Source: Myxococcales bacterium (lineage in GTDB: Bacteria > Myxococcota > Myxococcia > Myxococcales > 40CM-4-68-19). From it: a stretch of DNA of 64,000 nucleotides. Made by a program: the position numbers and the translations under genes. The notes beneath the pieces were generated by a model. That model saw only the letters and a program-made list of their open reading frames with translations. It was not told the DNA's origin and made no database searches. Each line of letters begins with the position of its first letter. Position 1 is the stretch's first letter. Positions 24,422-32,290 of the stretch are shown here, one piece after another. The stretch spans positions 67,203 to 131,202 of the forward strand of contig DATBZA010000177.1 of the NCBI GenBank assembly GCA_036513415.1, given 5' to 3'.

Positions 24422-25513
24422 TCAGCTGCTGTCAGCGCCGGGCCGCGCAGATGCGCCCTGTGCCGCCCCGCGCGTGAACTGGTTCATCCACTCGTCGCCA
24501 AAAGCGCGCCGGGCTGCCAGGTCGTTGTGGAACCTGCAGAGCAGGCGGAGATTGTCGACGGTCGAAGCGCCTCCCGAAGCGAGCGGGACCCGGTGGTCGC
24601 ACTCCACGCGTAAGGTGGAGCCGCAAACGCCCCCGGATTCCAGCGGCCATTGGCAGCGGCCACCATCGCGGGTCCAGACCTGGCGCTTCACCGCCGCCGG
24701 AATGTGCGATTCCGCCGGGGGATTCTCCTTGCGTGGATTCTCCTTGCGCGGCTTCTGTACCAGGCCCTTCCGCTTCGCGTCGCGCTTCAAGACCAGATCC
24801 AGACCCGCTTCCAGGATGTCCTCCGCCCTCAAGCTCGGGCGGGAGTGCGAAAGCGCAGCCCGAGCCGCTTGCAGCTTCTCGAGGAACCTCCGGGAGACTG
24901 TGATGTGGAGCCGTGACAGGTCCGCGGTGAGCGGCTCGGCCGCGTCGCGTCGGGCGGGCTTGGGCACCAAGGAGGCCGCAGTCTCACTCGGTTCAACCGG
25001 TTGAACTGCCGGCGCCGTCCCCACCCCCGGCGCGGCCGCAGGCCCAGGCGCAGGCGACGAGACAGCGCCCGCCGCCGCCGTGGAGGCCGGACGGAGCGCA
25101 GTGACGATGTCGCGATGCGGCGCAGCGCTGGCCGGCTGCAGGGCCGCCGCCACCGCCATGGCCTCCCGCTTCGAGCGCTGGAAGAACTTCGGGAGCATCT
25201 CGCGCCGGTTCTCGGGCGTGAGCACCCTCGCCAGGTGGACGATGCTGGTGATGCACAGCCGGCCGTCGCGAAGAGGCTCGACGATCTCCGGAAATCTCTG
25301 CACCAGCTCCGCTGCGGTCTTCCGATAGTGCGCGGCGCCCTTCGACAGGCCGAGCTCGCGGTGGAGGAAGTAGAAAAGGCTGGAGTGCCCGAGCTCCAGC
25401 CAGCCCTGCCGCCTGTCGAAATCCGCCAGGGCAACCAGAAACTCCGCCATGGCATCCTGCTCGCGGCGGAGGAGGTCGGCGAGCCGTCCGGCCAGAACGC
25501 GTGCGTGTGTCAT
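24422..25513 (-). CDS. DUF222-type HNH endonuclease (REP13E12-like family)
   Basis: 363 aa. N-terminal DUF222-like region (FLVALADFDRRQGWLELGHSSLFYFL) and C-terminal HNH (CDHRVPLASGG..DNLRLLCRFHN). Contains a 2 x 15-bp tandem repeat at 24720-24749 (RKENP-RKENP). Confidence 0.85.
   Translation of the reverse strand: MTHARVLAGRLADLLRREQDAMAEFLVALADFDRRQGWLELGHSSLFYFLHRELGLSKGAAHYRKTAAELVQRFPEIVEPLRDGRLCITSIVHLARVLTPENRREMLPKFFQRSKREAMAVAAALQPASAAPHRDIVTALRPASTAAAGAVSSPAPGPAAAPGVGTAPAVQPVEPSETAASLVPKPARRDAAEPLTADLSRLHITVSRRFLEKLQAARAALSHSRPSLRAEDILEAGLDLVLKRDAKRKGLVQKPRKENPRKENPPAESHIPAAVKRQVWTRDGGRCQWPLESGGVCGSTLRVECDHRVPLASGGASTVDNLRLLCRFHNDLAARRAFGDEWMNQFTRGAAQGASARPGADSS
24991..25006. repeat. 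16-bp perfect palindrome GTTCAACCGGTTGAAC inside the HNH gene
   Basis: Identical 16-mer at 970-985. One-mismatch version (TTCGACCGGTTGAA, within a 26-bp palindrome) at 56895-56920. Confidence 0.9.
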
Positions 25514-25550
25514 TCCCCGAGTGTCGCACCCCGGTCTGACACGGCAGGCG

Positions 25551-26591
25551 TCAGAAGCGCAGCTCGCGCTCGCCCAGGCCCTCGAAGTGCCGCTCGACCT
25601 CGACGTCGCTCACTTGACCGAGCGAGCCGAATCGCCACCGCGGCTTCTGGTCCTTGTCGATCAGCACCGCCCGCACGCCTTCATAGAAGTCGTCTCCGGC
25701 GAGCACGTGCATCATCACCCGGTACTCGAGAATGAGCGCATCCTCGATCTCGAGACCTCGCCCCCGCTGCAGGATCCGGAACGCGAGCTTCAGGCTGAGC
25801 GGGGAGGCGCGCTCCATCGCGGCCAGCGCCTCCTTCGCCCACTCCCCAGGCTCGTTCCGGAGCGCGGCGACGATGGCCTCCACCGAGTCCTGACCGAAAC
25901 AGCGGTCGATCGCGGGCCGCAGCGCTGCCAGCCTCGACTTCCCTGCATCGGCCCCGAAGCGCGCCAGCACCGCGTCCACCGCTCCGGACCCGCTCGCCAG
26001 CGCATCGGTGAGCTCGTCGAACCGGGCTTGCGGGACGAAGTGCCGCGCGAACCCCAGGTACATCCCGTCCCCCGCGCCGGCGCGCGCGCCGGTGAGCGAG
26101 AGGTAGAGGCCAATCCTTCCCGGCGCCCGTCCCAAGAACCGCGTCGCGGCGACGTCGGGAAAGGAGCCGATGAATACTTCCGGCATGGCGAAGACGGTGG
26201 TCTCCGAGGCGACGCAATGCGCTCCGTTCACCGAGAGGCCGGCTCCGCCGCCCATGGTGATGCCGTGGGTCAAGGCGATCCACGGCTTCCGGAAGCGGTG
26301 CAGGCGGCGCATGAAGCGGAACTCGTCGCGGAAGAGCTCCGTCTTGTAGTCGCCGGGTCCAGGCGCGTCGTCCCGCGACGCTTGGACCAGGCGCACGTCT
26401 CCGCCCGCGCAGAACGCGCGCCCTTCCCCGCGGAGCAGGACCGCACGGACCGAGCCGTCCGCTTCCCAGGTGGTGAGCTGCCGGTCGAAGGCGCGGATCA
26501 TGTCCAGCGTCAGCGCGTTGAGCGCCTTGGGGCGGTTCAGCGTCGCGATGCCCAGTCCGCCCCGCTGATGAAACAGGATGTCGTCCGCCAA
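25551..26591 (-). CDS. enoyl-CoA hydratase/isomerase family, 3-hydroxyisobutyryl-CoA hydrolase-like (ECH_2)
   Basis: 346 aa with FCAGGDV, GITMGGGAGLS and FAMPEVFIGSFPDVA (hydrolase-type Glu/Asp). Starts 7 nt downstream of phaC on the same strand. Confidence 0.8.
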   Translation of the reverse strand: MADDILFHQRGGLGIATLNRPKALNALTLDMIRAFDRQLTTWEADGSVRAVLLRGEGRAFCAGGDVRLVQASRDDAPGPGDYKTELFRDEFRFMRRLHRFRKPWIALTHGITMGGGAGLSVNGAHCVASETTVFAMPEVFIGSFPDVAATRFLGRAPGRIGLYLSLTGARAGAGDGMYLGFARHFVPQARFDELTDALASGSGAVDAVLARFGADAGKSRLAALRPAIDRCFGQDSVEAIVAALRNEPGEWAKEALAAMERASPLSLKLAFRILQRGRGLEIEDALILEYRVMMHVLAGDDFYEGVRAVLIDKDQKPRWRFGSLGQVSDVEVERHFEGLGERELRF

Positions 26592-26598
26592 GACCGGC

Positions 26599-27672
26599 TC
26601 AGTCCGAGCGCGCCGCGATCCAGGACTCGACCTTGGGCCAGGTGCCCTTGGACGCGCCGCTGCCCGCCATCACGCCGATATGGCCGCCGGGCACGCGCAG
26701 CTCCTGCTTGTCCGGGCTTCCCACCTTGTCCAACAGCCGCGCCGATTGGCAGGGCGGAGTGATGTGGTCATCCTCGGCGATCACGTTGAGCAAGCTGGCC
26801 CGCAGGTTGTTCAGATCGACCTTCTCGCCCCGGACGGTCAGGGTCCCAGTGATCAGCTTGTTCCCGCGGTAGAAGTCGACGATGAACTGCCGGTAGACGC
26901 CGCCCGCCAGCGGGATGGCGTCGTTTACCCAGGTGTTCATCGCGTGCCAGGAATCGACCACCTTGGGATTGTCCAGGTTGTCGAGCAGCCGGAAGTAGCC
27001 TCCCACGAAGTTCTCCACCGGCTTGAGCATCTTGGCGCCGTAGTCGATCAGGCCGGCAGGCATGTTGCCGAAGGCCTGCAGCACCCGATCGACGTCGAAG
27101 TAGCGCTCCTCGGTCATGCGGGCGAGCGAGATCTGCTCCTTGTCCGTGAAGTCCAGCGGCGCGGTGAGCAGGACCAGGCTCTTCAGCCCCTCGGAATGCC
27201 CCCGCAGCGAGGCGTAGAGCGTGGAGAGCATGGCGCCGATGCACCAGCCGAGCAGGTTGAAGGTCTCGGAGCCGGAGACCTGCTTCACCTTCCGCACCGC
27301 TCGGGGGATGTACTCGAGCACGTAGTCCCCGAGATCCAGGTGGGCGTCCTCCGGACCCGGCACTCCCCAGTCGAGCAGGTAGAGGTCGTATCCCTTGTTC
27401 ACCATGTACTCGACGAAACTGTTGCCCGGCCGCAGGTCGAGGATGGAGGACTTGTTCATCAGCGCGAAGATCAGCAGCAACGGAGTGCGGTGCCGCTCCT
27501 CAGGAGGCTTGACCGGCGTGTAGCGGTACAGAGTCGCCTTGTTGAGCGTCCAGATCGCCTGCCGCGGCGTCTTGCCGATGGGCGCCTTGGTGGTGGTGAC
27601 CTTCACCAGATTCTCCACCATGGTGGAGACCCGATCGAGCAAGCCCGGCTCAGTCTTCTCGGCGGTGGCCAT
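26599..27672 (-). CDS. phaC: class III poly(R)-hydroxyalkanoate synthase subunit PhaC
   Basis: 357 aa, the class III size. Lipase-box with Cys (LLGWCIGA). Preceded 3 nt upstream by a PhaE-like gene. Confidence 0.88.
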   Translation of the reverse strand: MATAEKTEPGLLDRVSTMVENLVKVTTTKAPIGKTPRQAIWTLNKATLYRYTPVKPPEERHRTPLLLIFALMNKSSILDLRPGNSFVEYMVNKGYDLYLLDWGVPGPEDAHLDLGDYVLEYIPRAVRKVKQVSGSETFNLLGWCIGAMLSTLYASLRGHSEGLKSLVLLTAPLDFTDKEQISLARMTEERYFDVDRVLQAFGNMPAGLIDYGAKMLKPVENFVGGYFRLLDNLDNPKVVDSWHAMNTWVNDAIPLAGGVYRQFIVDFYRGNKLITGTLTVRGEKVDLNNLRASLLNVIAEDDHITPPCQSARLLDKVGSPDKQELRVPGGHIGVMAGSGASKGTWPKVESWIAARSD

Positions 27673-27675
27673 GGG

Positions 27676-28080
27676 TCAGGCTTCCTGAGCGGAGCTGGGG
27701 CGCGTCTCGGAGCCGGCGTCGCGATCGCGGGAGGACGTCCGCTGGGGCCGGGCGACGCCCACCGCGCGGCGAAGCTGCTCCAGCCCGGCGCCGAGATCGT
27801 CGATCGCCATCTCGATGTGCGTCAACCGCGTGGAGAGCGAGAGCACCTCCTCGCGGGAGGGCATGTTCAGGTTCGCGAGTACCTCGGACATCGCCGATTC
27901 CGCCGCCTTCCGGTAGAGGGCGACGGCGAGCAGGGTCGGCTTGGAGATCGCGCCCTGCACCCGCTGGTATTCGTGCGAGCTGGTGAGGCGCAGCATCAGC
28001 TTCGCCCACGCGTCCATGCCTCCGTCGCGCGCCTCCCGGATCAACTTGATCGGATCGAACCCCTTGTTTGCCTCGCTCAT
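27676..28080 (-). CDS. phaE: short PhaE-like PHA synthase subunit
   Basis: 134 aa. C-terminal NMPSREEVLSLSTRLTHIEMAIDDL resembles the conserved PhaE C-terminal helix. The position next to phaC supports the call, but the protein is much shorter than classical PhaE. Confidence 0.6.
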   Translation of the reverse strand: MSEANKGFDPIKLIREARDGGMDAWAKLMLRLTSSHEYQRVQGAISKPTLLAVALYRKAAESAMSEVLANLNMPSREEVLSLSTRLTHIEMAIDDLGAGLEQLRRAVGVARPQRTSSRDRDAGSETRPSSAQEA

Positions 28081-28099
28081 CGTCAGCTCCCTGCCCCTC

Positions 28100-28843
28100 T
28101 CACATGTAGACGCCGCCGTTGACGTTGATCTGCTGTCCGGTGATGTAATCGCCTTCGGCGCAGAGGAACGCGACGGCGCGCGCGATGTCCTCCGGCTTGC
28201 CGAACCGGCCCATGGGGATCTTGGTGAGGATCTGCTCCCGCACGTCGGGCGCCACCTTGGCCAGCATGTCCGTCTCGGTGAAGCCGGGCGCGATGGCGTT
28301 GACGGTCACGTTGTACTTGGCCACTTCGATGGCGACGCTCTTGGTGAAAGCGATGACGCCGCCCTTGCTGGCCGAGTAGTTGGCCTGCCCGAAGTTGCCG
28401 GCCTGCCCGACGAAGGAGCTGATGTTCACGACGCGCCCGAACTTGCGCTCGATCATCGGCTTCAGCGCCGCGCTGGTGCAGTAGTAGACGCTGTTCAGGT
28501 TGGTGTTGATCACGTCGGTCCAGTCGTCGTCGGTCAGCTTCCGCATCGAGCGGTCGCGGGTGATTCCCGCGTTGTTCACCAGCACGTCGAGGTGCCCCCA
28601 CTGCTCGAGGACGGTGCCCACCAGGCTTCGCGCCTCGTCCTTGACGCTCACGTCGGCGCGGAAGAGGAGCGCGGTGCCGCCGCACGAGCGGATCTGGTCC
28701 GCCACCTCCCGGGCCTGCCCTTCTTCGCAGCGGTAGTTGAGAGCCACGCGGGCCCCGTCCTCCGCCAGCTTCAGCGCGATCGCGCGGCCGAGGCCGCGCG
28801 ACGCGCCGGTCACGAGCGCCGTCCTGCCTTCCAGGCGAGCCAT
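28100..28843 (-). CDS. phaB: acetoacetyl-CoA reductase / 3-oxoacyl reductase (SDR)
   Basis: 247 aa from ATG 28841-28843 (SD ggagg). Motifs TGASRGLG, NNAG and YSASK. The 5' extension in the track ORF (to 29053) overlaps the phasin gene and is rejected. Confidence 0.85.
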   Translation of the reverse strand: MARLEGRTALVTGASRGLGRAIALKLAEDGARVALNYRCEEGQAREVADQIRSCGGTALLFRADVSVKDEARSLVGTVLEQWGHLDVLVNNAGITRDRSMRKLTDDDWTDVINTNLNSVYYCTSAALKPMIERKFGRVVNISSFVGQAGNFGQANYSASKGGVIAFTKSVAIEVAKYNVTVNAIAPGFTETDMLAKVAPDVREQILTKIPMGRFGKPEDIARAVAFLCAEGDYITGQQINVNGGVYM

Positions 28844-28989
28844 GGCAACCTCCGTTGAACGCTTGAGGGGGACACCATTCGATGGCGTCCCCCCCCCAAA
28901 GGGGAGGAACCCCTCCGCAAAGGGATCGATCAACTCGGTGCCGTTGTCGAGTCCGGCCGCCCGGTGGGCGACCGGACCTGTTCCTGTCC

Positions 28990-29247
28990 CTACGCCTTGG
29001 GGGCGAAGAGATCGGCCGCGTTGCGCGTGGCCGAGAGCACCAGCTTGCGCCACTCGCCGCCGAGCTGCTCGGCGAACGCGATCTGCTCGTGGGCGACGCG
29101 GGTCGCGCCCTCCACGAACTCGTTGATCTGGGCCACGCTCTTGCTCTGCAGCCTGTTCATCTCTGCCACGGCGGCCTCGAATCGGGCAGTCTGCTCGGCG
29201 ATCAGCTTCTCGACTGCGGGAAGGGTCTTCTGGGTCTGTTCGGCCAT
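28990..29247 (-). CDS. phasin family protein
   Basis: 85 aa from MAEQTQKT (SD tggagaaacgaac-ATG). Helical and Ala/Glu/Gln-rich. Located at the head of the pha gene string. Confidence 0.7.
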   Translation of the reverse strand: MAEQTQKTLPAVEKLIAEQTARFEAAVAEMNRLQSKSVAQINEFVEGATRVAHEQIAFAEQLGGEWRKLVLSATRNAADLFAPKA

Positions 29248-29287
29248 GTTCGTTTCTCCAGTCTTGGGGGCCATCGGCCCACCGTTA

Positions 29288-29349
29288 TTGTGCGCCGCAA
29301 CATAACACCATCGAGGGGCGTGTCAACCACTATTTGTGCTGTGCAACAT
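29288..29349. promoter_or_regulatory. two copies of TTGTGC-NNN-GCAACAT (TGC-N3-GCA core), candidate PhaR operators upstream of the phasin gene
   Basis: Sites at 29288-29303 (ttgtgcgccgcaacat) and 29334-29349 (ttgtgctgtgcaacat), identical except for the 3-nt spacer. They lie 41-102 nt upstream of the phasin ATG. Confidence 0.5.
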
Positions 29350-29372
29350 GCAGCGCGCCGTCGTGAAAGCGG

Positions 29373-29401
29373 TTGACGGCGGCGGTCGCCCCGGCTAACA
29401 C
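29373..29401 (+). promoter_or_regulatory. sigma70-like promoter TTGACG-N17-TAACAC for the riboswitch/CaCA transcript
   Basis: Hexamers read directly from the sequence. The predicted start site would fall just before the candidate aptamer. Confidence 0.35.
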
Positions 29402-29404
29402 TTG

Positions 29405-29515
29405 CGCCAGCAAGGGGAGTAGTTCACGCCGCTCGTGCGGCGTCGGGGAGATCGACATACCGGCTTCGGCCCGGTCCCCCACCCTGCAGCGCAGGGCGAA
29501 CGAGACCTTCGGAAC
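29405..29515 (+). ncRNA. candidate yybP-ykoY (Mn2+) riboswitch aptamer
   Basis: Signature blocks in canonical order: AAGGGGAGTAG (29412-29422), GACATAC (29454-29460), GAGACCTT (29502-29509). AAGG and CCTT can close P1. Internal hairpins are ACGCCGC-tcgt-GCGGCGT and ACCGG-cttcggc-CCGGT. It sits in the 5' leader of a cation transporter gene. Confidence 0.55.
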
Positions 29516-29583
29516 CAGGAACCATCCTGGCCGGAGCGTCGTTCGCCGCCACCGCGGCATCCGGCCAGCAAGCGGAGGACGGA

Positions 29584-30762
29584 ATGTCGAACTGGTGGAA
29601 GATCGCGCTCGCCCTGTCGATCGCAGCGCCGGCGGTCGTTTTGCGGCTCTCCGGGGCGCATCTCGCCGCCCCGGTCGCCATGGCGGTCTTTGGCGCGGCG
29701 GTCGTCGCCTCCGCGTTCCTGCTCGTCTGGGCGGCCGAGGCGGCGCGCCACGACATCTCGGGGAACCTCGCCACCGCGATCCTCGCGGTGATCGCGGTCC
29801 TCCCGGAGTACGCCGTGGACCTGTACTTCGCCTGGAGCGCGGGGCACATTCCCCAGAACGCCCAATACGCTGCCGCGAACATGACCGGCAGCAACCGGCT
29901 GCTGCTCGGCCTGGGCTGGCCGTTCGTCGCGCTGCTGTTCGCCTGGGGACTGCGCAGGCGGGGCGAGCCGCCCCGCGGGGTTCGCCTGCACGAAGGGAGG
30001 CGGATCGAGCTGGCCTTCCTCGCCGCCGCGAGCGTGTACTGCCTGGTGATTCCCTTCACCCGGCGGCTGGCCTGGTACGACGCGGCCGTCCTGCTCCCGC
30101 TGTTTCTCGCGTATTTGTGGCGCGCGGCGCAGGGTGAGCGCGCAGAACCCGTCCTGGTCGGCGTCGCGAAGCAGGTCGGCGACCTTCCGCGGCGGGCGCG
30201 GCGCGCCACTGTCGTCGCGCTCTTTGCCGTGGCGGGGTTCGTCATCCTGGTCGCGGCCGAACCGTTCGCGGGCGCGCTGGTCCAGGGCGGCAAGGTCCTC
30301 GGCATCGACGAGTTCCTGCTCGTCCAGTGGCTCGCGCCCCTTGCCTCGGAGTCTCCGGAGCTTCTCGTCGCCGCCGTGCTCGCCCTGCGCGGCCACGAGG
30401 ATGCCGCTTTGGGCACCCTCCTCTCCTCGAAGGTGAACCAGTGGACGCTGCTGGTCGGGAGCCTGCCGCTCGCGTTTCTCATCGGAGGCGGCCCGGCCGC
30501 CGGGATCGCCCTCGACGCGCGCCAGACGGAAGAGTTCATCCTCACCTCCGCGCAAACGGTGCTCGGGTTCGCCGTGCTCATCGACCTCCGGCTGGCGATC
30601 TGGGAGTCCGTCGCCCTGCTGGTCCTCTTCGCGGCGCAGTTTCCGTTTCCGCAGACCGGGGTCAGGCTGGGGTTCAGCGTCGCTTACGCGGCGATTGCGA
30701 TTGCGCTCATCATCCGCGGCAGACGTGAGTTGCCCCGGATCGCGCGCGCTCCCCTGCAGTGA
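29584..30762 (+). CDS. Ca2+/cation antiporter (CaCA) superfamily membrane protein
   Basis: 392 aa, polytopic, with two alpha-repeat-like motifs (LATAILAVIAVLPEYAVD and LAPLASESPELLVAAVLA). Confidence 0.8.
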   Translation: MSNWWKIALALSIAAPAVVLRLSGAHLAAPVAMAVFGAAVVASAFLLVWAAEAARHDISGNLATAILAVIAVLPEYAVDLYFAWSAGHIPQNAQYAAANMTGSNRLLLGLGWPFVALLFAWGLRRRGEPPRGVRLHEGRRIELAFLAAASVYCLVIPFTRRLAWYDAAVLLPLFLAYLWRAAQGERAEPVLVGVAKQVGDLPRRARRATVVALFAVAGFVILVAAEPFAGALVQGGKVLGIDEFLLVQWLAPLASESPELLVAAVLALRGHEDAALGTLLSSKVNQWTLLVGSLPLAFLIGGGPAAGIALDARQTEEFILTSAQTVLGFAVLIDLRLAIWESVALLVLFAAQFPFPQTGVRLGFSVAYAAIAIALIIRGRRELPRIARAPLQ

Positions 30763-30819
30763 ACGCAGGGCCGCGCGGAGACCCACTGCCGAATGACCTC
30801 GCTCAAGCGTAGCCCCTTC

Positions 30820-30834
30820 GCCACCTCCGGTGGC
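30820..30834. terminator. hairpin GCCACC-tcc-GGTGGC between convergent CaCA and phaR genes
   Basis: Perfect 6-bp stem in the 77-nt convergent spacer. No U-tract. Confidence 0.3.
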
Positions 30835-30839
30835 CGCGG

Positions 30840-31346
30840 CTACCGGGGCTTTTTCTTCAGGCTCTTCTTGATCTCGTCCAACTCCCGCCTCAGGGCTGCC
30901 ACGTCGTCCCCTCCCGCTGGAGCGGCCGGTGCCTGCCGCGGAGGGGCCGGCCAGGCCGGACCGCCCATGCTGAAGGAGCGCGGGAGGCCGTAGCTGCCGA
31001 ATGGGTTGAACGGCGCCATGGCTTGGACCCCCTGCTTGGTCTGCAGATACACCTCCAGCGCCCAGGTCACGTACTGGCCGAGGAATTCGGCCAGCGCGTC
31101 GTCCCCCATGCGGATGAGCTGAACGAGGAGCGCCTGGGGAAGCAGCCGCCCCGCTCCTCGTCCCTCGACGATGATCTGCGCCAGCGTCGCGGTGGTCAGG
31201 TCGTCGCCGCTCTTGGCGTCGACCACGCGCACGTCCTTGCCTTGGCGGACGCTCTTTGCGAGCTCCTCCAGCGTGATGTACCGGCTCTGGTCCGTGTCAT
31301 ACAGCCGGCGGTTCCCGTACTTCTTGACCAGCACGCCGACCTCCAT
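30840..31346 (-). CDS. phaR: polyhydroxyalkanoate synthesis repressor PhaR
   Basis: 168 aa from ATG 31344-31346. N-terminal VKKYGNRRLYDTDQSRYITLEEL is the PhaR signature. Confidence 0.88.
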   Translation of the reverse strand: MEVGVLVKKYGNRRLYDTDQSRYITLEELAKSVRQGKDVRVVDAKSGDDLTTATLAQIIVEGRGAGRLLPQALLVQLIRMGDDALAEFLGQYVTWALEVYLQTKQGVQAMAPFNPFGSYGLPRSFSMGGPAWPAPPRQAPAAPAGGDDVAALRRELDEIKKSLKKKPR

Positions 31347-31377
31347 CGCCTCTGCTGCGAAGCGGTGGACATTGCGC

Positions 31378-31386
31378 TGCACCGCA
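31378..31386. promoter_or_regulatory. TGC-acc-GCA core upstream of phaR (possible autoregulatory site)
   Basis: Same TGC-N3-GCA core as the phasin-promoter sites, about 32-40 nt upstream of the phaR ATG. Confidence 0.3.
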
Positions 31387-31453
31387 CAGAAGCTTGACAG
31401 CGTGGGGCGTACTCTCCAGCATTGGCCCGGCAGGGTCAATGCAGGAGACCCCG

Positions 31454-32290
31454 ATGACCCGAGCCGCCGAACTACAGCTCTCCTCTGGCCGCTTGCACGC
31501 CTTGCGCGCTGGTCCCGACAGTGGCGCACCGGTGATCTGCGTCCCCGGACTCTCGGCGAACGCACACAGCTTCGACGCGATCGCGGAGACGCTCGCCCGC
31601 GCAGGCCGCCAGGTCCTTGCCCTCGATCTCCGCGGCCGCGGCCTGAGTCCAGCCACCGCCCCAGGTACGTACGGCTGGCGCCGCCACGCCGAGGATGTGC
31701 TGGAAGCGGCCAGGAAACTTGGCTTCGCTTCCTTCGATCTCGTCGGCCATTCCATGGGCGCGTTCGTCTCGATGCAGGCCGCGGCGCTCGACGCGGGACC
31801 GATCCGGCGCCTGGTCCTGATCGACGCCGTAGGCGTTCCAGAGCCGGCCGCGCTCCTGCCCATCGTTGCTGCAGTGCAGCGACTGGACCTGGTCTACCCG
31901 ACCGAGGAGGGCTACCTCGCGCTCATCCAGCGGCAGGGCGCGGCGGAGCCCTGGAAGGCTCTCTGGGAGGCGCATTATCGCTCCGATCTCGAGCCCGTTG
32001 CCTCCGGAGTGCGGCCCCGGACGTCCAAGGCCGCGGTCGTCGAGGACATGGTCTACGCCTCGCAGCAGGACGCGAGGAGCTTCTGGCCGTCCCTGACGAT
32101 GCCCACGCTCCTGGTCCGCGCGGCGCGCCCGCTGCTGCCCGGCACGGGGTTCGTGGTGGGCGCCAATTTGCGCGACGCCTTCCTCGCGACCGTGTCCTCC
32201 GCCGAGGGCGTCGAGATCGACGCCAATCACTACGGCGTGATGGCGCACCCCGACGCGCTGCGAGCGATCGCCAGCTTCCTCACTTGTTGA
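31454..32290 (+). CDS. alpha/beta hydrolase
   Basis: 278 aa from ATG 31454 (AGGAG 6 nt upstream). GHSMG nucleophile elbow and a C-terminal His region (DANHYGVMAHP). The track ORF starts at an upstream TTG. Confidence 0.8.
   Translation: MTRAAELQLSSGRLHALRAGPDSGAPVICVPGLSANAHSFDAIAETLARAGRQVLALDLRGRGLSPATAPGTYGWRRHAEDVLEAARKLGFASFDLVGHSMGAFVSMQAAALDAGPIRRLVLIDAVGVPEPAALLPIVAAVQRLDLVYPTEEGYLALIQRQGAAEPWKALWEAHYRSDLEPVASGVRPRTSKAAVVEDMVYASQQDARSFWPSLTMPTLLVRAARPLLPGTGFVVGANLRDAFLATVSSAEGVEIDANHYGVMAHPDALRAIASFLTC

Noticed and set aside
28844-29053. 5' extension of the phaB ORF (track start at 29053)
   Set aside because: It overlaps the phasin gene, is Gly/Pro-rich, and the internal ATG at 28843 has a good GGAGG ribosome-binding site and yields a standard-length SDR.
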